DNA of 3,673 nucleotides from Escherichia coli (GTDB lineage Bacteria; Pseudomonadota; Gammaproteobacteria; Enterobacterales; Enterobacteriaceae): NCBI RefSeq assembly GCF_003334765.1, contig NZ_QOWT01000069.1; one strand, 5' to 3'. Shown piece by piece: positions 1 to 3,673 of this stretch (position 1 is its first letter; each line of letters starts with the position of its first letter). The notes under the pieces were generated by a model. It saw only the letters and a program-made list of their open reading frames with translations, ran no database searches and was not told where the DNA came from. The position numbers and the translations under genes were made by a program.

Positions 1-2
1 AA

Positions 3-191
3 GTTGCGGAACGGATCATCGTGGTCACCGATTCCAGTAAGTTCAATCGTTCCAGTTTACATAAGATCATTGATACTAAACGTATCGACATGATCATTGT
101 TGATGAAGGCATTCCTGCGGATAGTCTGGAAGGCTTGCGAAAGGCTGGGATTGAAGTGATTCTGGTCGGGGAGCTCGCGTCTTCGCTGTGA
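3..191 (+). CDS. DeoR-family transcriptional regulator, C-terminal effector-binding domain (partial; 5' end lies outside the window)
   Basis: Frame 3 is open from the window edge to TGA at 189..191 and translates to [62 protein letters not shown]. The pattern (V-TDSSKF-R-S ... D-IIVD ... G-V) is typical of the C-terminal sugar-phosphate-binding domain of DeoR/GlpR/AgaR-type repressors. Being convergent with a GarD-like gene resembles the E. coli garD...agaR arrangement, but I cannot confirm it is agaR, so no symbol is given. Confidence 0.75.
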   Translation, partial: VAERIIVVTDSSKFNRSSLHKIIDTKRIDMIIVDEGIPADSLEGLRKAGIEVILVGELASSL

Positions 192-196
192 TTCAC

Positions 197-227
197 TATG
201 CCCGATAAACAAGCGTTATCGGGCATA
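197..227. terminator. Perfect hairpin between two convergent genes (possible bidirectional terminator or mRNA 3'-end stabiliser)
   Basis: TATGCCCGATAA (197..208), loop ACAAGCG, then TTATCGGGCATA (216..227): a 12-bp perfect stem with a 7-nt loop. It starts 5 nt after the DeoR stop and ends 26 nt before the dehydratase stop on the other strand. The downstream U-tract is weak in both directions (AUACAACUUAAUGUAU on plus; none on minus), so calling it an intrinsic terminator is tentative. Confidence 0.4.
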
Positions 228-253
228 ATACAACTTAATGTATGAAGAGAATA

Positions 254-1408
254 TCAGGCCACCGGTGCCGGGTTAAACACTGCCAGCTGGTTATGCAATC
301 CCCATTGATCCGAGAAAGTTTTCTTCTTCCCGCTGGCGACGTCGAGAATAAAGTGGAACAACTTCCAGCCCACCTCTTCAATGGTCTCTTCGCCGGTAGC
401 GATAGTGCCTGCGTTAATATCCATTAAATCAAACCAGTGGTTCGCCAGCCCGGTGCGGGTCGCCATTTTAATGACGGGTACCGCCATCAGGCCGTACGGC
501 GTACCACGGCCGGTCGTAAACACTTGCACGGTGATACCCGAAGCCACCTGTTGCGTGCCACAGACAAAATCGCTGGCTGGCGTCGCGGCGTAAATTAATC
601 CGCGTTTAGTCGGGTGTTGACCGGGCGACAGCACTTCAACAATTGCGGTTTTACCCGATTTAGCAATGGAGCCGAGTGCTTTCTTTACCACGTTGGCGAG
701 GCCGCCCTTTTTGTTGCCCGGCGAAGGGTTGGCGCTGCGGTCGGTTTTGCCCATATCGGGATAGTTATCGTATCAGGCCATCTCTTCGAGCAGACGCCTG
801 CCCACTTCTTCATTGATGGCGCGTGGCGTTAACAGATGAATGGCGTCGCGTACTTCAGTGACTTCGGAGAACATCACCGTTGCGCCGCAGCGCACCAGCA
901 GGTCAGAGTCGTAGCCGACAGCGGGGTTAGTGGTAACGCCGGAGAACGCGTCGCTGCCACCGCACTGCATGCCCACCACCATCACTTCGCCACCGAAGTT
1001 TGGGTTCAGCGCAATATTATGGATGGTGCGAATTGGCACCACGGCGGCCGGTACATTAATCGCTACGCCACAGCCGTAGAGGTGGTTCAAGTCGACCACG
1101 CCGTCGATGCTCGGGTATTTCGGCAGCAGGTCGCGTTCGATAATTTTAACCACGTAGTCCTCAACGTCTGCCATGCAGTGCACGCTGGTGGTAATACCCA
1201 ACAGGTTTTTGGTGCCCACGCTGCCGTCGGCGTTGCGGTAACCTTCAAAGGTGTAATCTTCCTGCGGCGGCAGTGGCTCCGGCACTTTGGTCGCCCGAGG
1301 CAGGGTGTTAAGCGGCGGCGCTTTCGGTAGCGTGACCGTGGATTCGTCGATCCAGCTGCCTTTGGCGACATCGCGTACCGTGTAACCGATAGCGAATGAT
1401 TTCACCAT
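254..1408 (-). pseudogene. garD: UxaA/GarD-family sugar-acid dehydratase (galactarate/altronate dehydratase-like), disrupted: in-frame TGA, 5' truncation, probable internal deletion
   Basis: ORFs 773..1408 (211 aa) and 254..754 (166 aa) lie in the same minus-strand frame, separated only by TGA at 773..775; reading through gives ...[32 protein letters not shown]... Family motifs are present: [63 protein letters not shown]. The C-terminal tail (...[28 protein letters not shown]) matches my recollection of GarD rather than UxaA, hence the tentative symbol. The ATG at 1408 has no Shine-Dalgarno (upstream mRNA is pyrimidine-rich, AACCUUCCUCA-AUG) and an in-frame stop sits 5 codons upstream (1421..1423), so the N-terminal part of the SAF domain is missing. 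Total length is about 377 codons against roughly 495-523 for intact family members. Confidence 0.7.
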
Positions 1409-1570
1409 TATGAGGAAGGTTGTTATCCCTTTTCTGGCGTATTCGTCATTCCATTCGTATCCCCGGTACCGGATGTTTATATCGTACAGTGCCGGTGCTG
1501 GCGTGCTTTCCTGCAGGTCTGCACCGGTTTAACAAACAAAACTTAACAGAGTCTGAAGGAGTAGTATTCC

Positions 1571-2083
1571 GTGCAAATAACCGAAGCGTTACTTTCAGAG
1601 CCGGGAGATATCTGGCGTTTTGTTCAGCAGGCGGTGGACCACTGGCCGCGTCTGCTGGCAGTCCACTTCACGCTCTATTCGGCAGAAGGAAACATCAACG
1701 GGCAACAGATTCATGCATTCTGTACTGCCTTTTACCGACAGGTGCAAGAACATATTACTGAGCGTAATCACACTGCCAGTCCAGCACCGCCGGTGGTATT
1801 ACGCTGGTTGCTGGAACAACATGGAGAAGCAACAATACGATGCCTGTTGCTGCTCAGCCAGGCGAGCATTTGCCATCTGCGGGTCAGTGCCACAGTTGAT
1901 GAAGAATGTTCGCAAGTGGTGGATTTACTGCAACAGACCTGGTCGGGGATAAACGCTGGCGGACAATGTCGGTTGGAAAGCTGTTTTCAGGTTGACCGTT
2001 CAGGTACATTAGATCAGTTCGTTGTGCTAAAGACAACTGTTCAGTCCCTTATGTTACCCGTTATGGCAACAATAGCCAGGTGA
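1571..2083 (+). CDS. Hypothetical protein (170 aa), family not recognised; candidate horizontally acquired orphan gene
   Basis: GTG start at 1571 is preceded by a strong Shine-Dalgarno, AAGGAG at 1556..1561 (9-nt spacer), with an in-frame TAG at 1562..1564 just upstream, so this is the first possible start. The ORF ends with a double stop, TGA TAA (2081..2086). Codon usage is atypical for the flanking genes (ATA three times, plus AGG, CGA, CGG, CTA, GGA). No transmembrane segment or catalytic motif is evident by eye. Six Cys residues, including C-x4-C (QCRLESC). Confidence 0.5.
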   Translation: MQITEALLSEPGDIWRFVQQAVDHWPRLLAVHFTLYSAEGNINGQQIHAFCTAFYRQVQEHITERNHTASPAPPVVLRWLLEQHGEATIRCLLLLSQASICHLRVSATVDEECSQVVDLLQQTWSGINAGGQCRLESCFQVDRSGTLDQFVVLKTTVQSLMLPVMATIAR

Positions 2084-2252
2084 TAATCTGGTACGTTACT
2101 GGCTCTTCCGTTGATTCTTATGGGCTGATAAAGTTTTGTCTGCTGAATTTTTATACGGAATTCTTTTCAGTATGCGTACACGAATTGACTATCTGGCGGA
2201 TAAATACGGTTTTACAGAATTGAATGAATCTCCATATCTTCGTCGGCAGTAG

Positions 2253-3097
2253 CAGGATGTTCTGGAGGAGTGTCGGCAGACAGAGGCAGGGCCAGAAGAA
2301 CTGCTGCGTATTGCCCTGCTGAATGTGGATTACGTCACCAGTTTTGAACTGCCTTTTCGCTTGCTGCTTACCTGCACACCACAACTGATTGCTATGCTGC
2401 GTGAAGAATGGGACATCAGCCAGAAAAATGTGGTGTTCAACGATAAACGCTTTGGCTGCGTGTACAGCCTGAAGGCCAGTCTTTGTGGTGTGCTTCAGGC
2501 CGATGCTTAGGCGTTATACGAATCCGGCAGAGTAACGGAAGCCGCGTGTATGGCTCATTCCCGGAGAAGAATCCACGATGTGCATGTAAGAGTGCCAACC
2601 GACATCACCACGGAAGCCCTGCAGCGTATCGGTGAACTGTATGCCACCGAGGCAGAAGTCCGGGGATGTTCAGCAGAACAGCGTCTGGCAGCAAGAAAAG
2701 CCAGAGCTGCGCCACTGATGCAGTCACTGTATGACTGGATACAGACTCAGATGAAAACACTGTCGCGTCACTCGGATACGGCAAAAGCGTTCGCATACCT
2801 GCTGAAACAGTGGGATGGCCTGAATGTGTACTGCAGCAATGGCTGGGTGGAAATCGACAACAACATCGCAGAGAACGCCTTACGGGGAGTGGCCGTAGGC
2901 CGGAAAAACTGGCTCTTCGTGGGTTCCGACAACGGTGGCGAACATGCGGCGGTGTTGTACTCGCTGATCGGCACATGCCGTCTGAACAATGAGGAGCCAG
3001 AAAATGGCTGCGTTACGTCATTGAACATATCCAGGACTGGCCGGCAAACCGGGTACGTGATCTGTTGCCCTGGAAAGTTGAACTGACCGCTCAGTAA
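2253..3097 (+). pseudogene. IS66-family transposase (TnpC) gene remnant: 5'-truncated, with an amber stop and a -1 frameshift
   Basis: From about 2487 the translation carries IS66 TnpC motifs: GVLQADA, then (after TAG at 2508..2510) ...[39 protein letters not shown]......PL...L..W......TLSRHS..AKAFAY.L.QW..L..Y...[45 protein letters not shown]. The frame breaks in the A-run at 3001..3004; the +2 frame then gives [31 protein letters not shown] and stops at TAA 3095..3097, a typical TnpC C-terminus. The N-terminal roughly 200-300 codons of a full TnpC (about 520 aa), and tnpA/tnpB, are absent. The upstream in-frame segment 2253..2486 is only weakly TnpC-like, so the 5' boundary is uncertain. 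Confidence 0.8.
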
Positions 3098-3100
3098 ATA

Positions 3101-3127
3101 TCAATACGGTTCTGACGAGCCGCTTAC
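3101..3127. repeat. IS66-type terminal inverted repeat (right end)
   Basis: TCAATACGGTTCTGACGAGCCGCTTAC lies immediately 3' of the tnpC stop; its complement starts GTAAGCG, as expected for the outer end of an IS66-family element. Confidence 0.6.
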
Positions 3128-3182
3128 GTCAGCGAACGGCTCCCCCTGCGCAATACACTGCCAACTGAATAACGCATTCCTG

Positions 3183-3209
3183 TCAATACAGCTCTCGCTG
3201 TACACTTAC
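3183..3209. repeat. Degenerate second copy of the IS66-type terminal repeat, same orientation
   Basis: TCAATACAGCTCTCGCTGTACACTTAC aligns without gaps to 3101..3127 at 18 of 27 positions, with identical termini (TCAATAC ... CTTAC; complement starts GTAAG). A third TCAATAC heptamer occurs at 3226..3232 and CAATAC at 3151..3156. Confidence 0.45.
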
Positions 3210-3234
3210 GCTTCTACCAGAGCCATCAATACAA

Positions 3235-3265
3235 TAGAACTCCGTCTAGATTAGACGGAGTTCTA
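3235..3265 (-). terminator. Perfect palindromic hairpin about 70 nt downstream of the acnB stop (candidate acnB terminator or protein-binding palindrome)
   Basis: TAGAACTCCGTCTA GAT TAGACGGAGTTCTA: a 14-bp perfect stem with a 3-nt loop. On the acnB (minus) strand it is followed by UUGUAUUGAUGG, only moderately U-rich, so the terminator call is tentative. Confidence 0.4.
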
Positions 3266-3334
3266 CTTATCCTGCATGAAATCGATATGACAGGCAGCCT
3301 GGTATTAGCTTTTTATACGCAGCACACTGACTTC

Positions 3335-3673
3335 TTAAACCACACTAGGAAAAATCACCCTATCCGCTTTCTCGGTATACTGAGAAAGCTGGTTGAAGTT
3401 CAGATAACGGTAAGTATCAACGGCGGTTTTATCTACCTGCGCCACGTAGGTCTGGTACTCTTCCGGCGTCGGCAGTTTGCCAATCAGCGCCGCAACAGCG
3501 GCCAGTTCCGCAGAAGCCAGGAAGACATTCGCGCCAGTACCCAAACGGTTCGGAAAGTTACGGGTAGAGGTGGAAACCACCGTCGCACCGTCTGCTACAC
3601 GCGCCTGGTTACCCATACACAGGGAACAGCCAGGGATCTCGATACGCGCACCACTCTTACCGAAGACGCTGTA
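3335..3673 (-). CDS. acnB: Aconitate hydratase B (aconitase B), C-terminal end (partial; 5' end outside the window)
   Basis: The minus-strand frame is open from the window edge to TAA at 3335..3337 and translates to ...YSVFGKSGARIEIPGCSLCMGNQARVADGATVVSTSTRNFPNRLGTGANVFLASAELAAVAALIGKLPTPEEYQTYVAQVDKTAVDTYRYLNFNQLSQYTEKADRVIFPSVV. This matches the AcnB C-terminal region as I remember it (GCSLCMGNQARV ... STSTRNFPNRLG ... NQLSQYTEKAD). The last ~10 residues differ from my recollection of E. coli K-12 AcnB (KADGVIFQTAV), which would suggest another species or lineage, but that comparison is from memory only. Confidence 0.85.
   Translation of the reverse strand, partial: YSVFGKSGARIEIPGCSLCMGNQARVADGATVVSTSTRNFPNRLGTGANVFLASAELAAVAALIGKLPTPEEYQTYVAQVDKTAVDTYRYLNFNQLSQYTEKADRVIFPSVV

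Larger units (their letters stand above)
2253..3127 (+). mobile_element. IS66-family insertion sequence relic (right half only; no left end or tnpA/tnpB in the window)
   Basis: tnpC-like coding remnant plus a right terminal inverted repeat ending ...GAGCCGCTTAC at 3127 (5'-GTAAGCGGCTC... on the complementary strand). IS66-family ends characteristically begin 5'-GTAA. No matching left inverted repeat (GTAAGCG on the plus strand) is seen anywhere upstream in the window. Confidence 0.7.

Noticed and set aside
740-775. Selenocysteine recoding at the in-frame TGA (773..775)
   Set aside because: No SECIS-like stem-loop lies immediately 3' of the UGA in the mRNA (UACGAUAACUAUCCCGAUAUGGGC...), and the enzyme family is not a selenoprotein family; a nonsense mutation is far more likely.
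242-1371. ORFs inside the dehydratase region on either strand: plus-strand 242..427, 381..593, 614..832 and 836..1330, and minus-strand 1087..1371
   Set aside because: They lie antisense to, or out of frame within, a gene with clear family homology; they have no Shine-Dalgarno motifs and low-complexity Arg/His/Ala-rich translations typical of shadow ORFs in GC-rich coding DNA.
1470-1560. Sigma-70 promoter for the 1571 ORF
   Set aside because: Only weak -10/-35 candidates (TATATC, TTAACA) with poor spacing; nothing I would annotate without transcription-start data.
1420-1952. ORFs 1420..1761 (TTG start) and 1620..1952 overlapping the 1571..2083 ORF in other frames
   Set aside because: 1420 has a Shine-Dalgarno-like GAGGAAGG directly abutting the TTG (spacer of about 0 nt, too short). 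Both overlap the better-supported 1571 ORF out of frame and give Cys/Arg-rich low-complexity products.
2151-2384. Minus-strand 77-aa ORF 2151..2384
   Set aside because: No convincing ribosome-binding site; it lies antisense to the in-frame segment that leads into the IS66 remnant; composition looks non-coding.
2605-3028. ORFs overlapping the IS66 tnpC remnant: minus-strand 2605..2976 and 2768..3028, and plus-strand 2810..2992 in another frame
   Set aside because: They sit antisense to, or out of frame within, a region with strong IS66 TnpC homology; the Arg/Pro/Ser/Cys-rich translations are typical of shadow frames.
1571-3097. The idea that 1571..3097 (509 codons) is one full-length divergent IS66 tnpC broken by frameshifts
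   Set aside because: The length would fit a TnpC, but the 1571 ORF ends with a clean double stop with no frame continuity into the next segment, and it lacks the leucine-zipper and CxxC...CxxC zinc-ribbon features of TnpC N-termini. It is treated as an independent gene.
1-3673. CRISPR arrays, tRNA or rRNA genes
   Set aside because: No regularly spaced direct repeats and no tRNA-like or rRNA-like conserved segments were seen on either strand.

Overview
This 3.67-kb window reads as a decayed, rearranged enterobacterial-type region rather than an intact operon. Left to right: (1) the 3' end of a DeoR-family regulator gene (3..191, +); (2) a convergent UxaA/GarD-family sugar-acid dehydratase gene on the minus strand (254..1408) that looks inactivated three ways: an in-frame TGA at 773..775, a 5' truncation with no Shine-Dalgarno, and a probable in-frame internal deletion; (3) an orphan 170-aa ORF with a strong Shine-Dalgarno and GTG start (1571..2083, +) that I cannot assign to a family; (4) a 5'-truncated IS66-family transposase (tnpC) relic (about 2253..3127) with amber codons, a -1 frameshift in an A-run, and a GTAAGCG-type terminal inverted repeat ending at 3127, with a degenerate second copy of that repeat 82 bp downstream; (5) a perfect palindromic hairpin (3235..3265) and the 3' end of an aconitase B gene on the minus strand (3335..3673). 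I found no rRNA, tRNA or CRISPR array. I did not find a clearly novel multi-gene system; the best candidate for something undescribed is the orphan ORF at 1571..2083. All family assignments come from reading the translations and from memory of those families, with no database search run.
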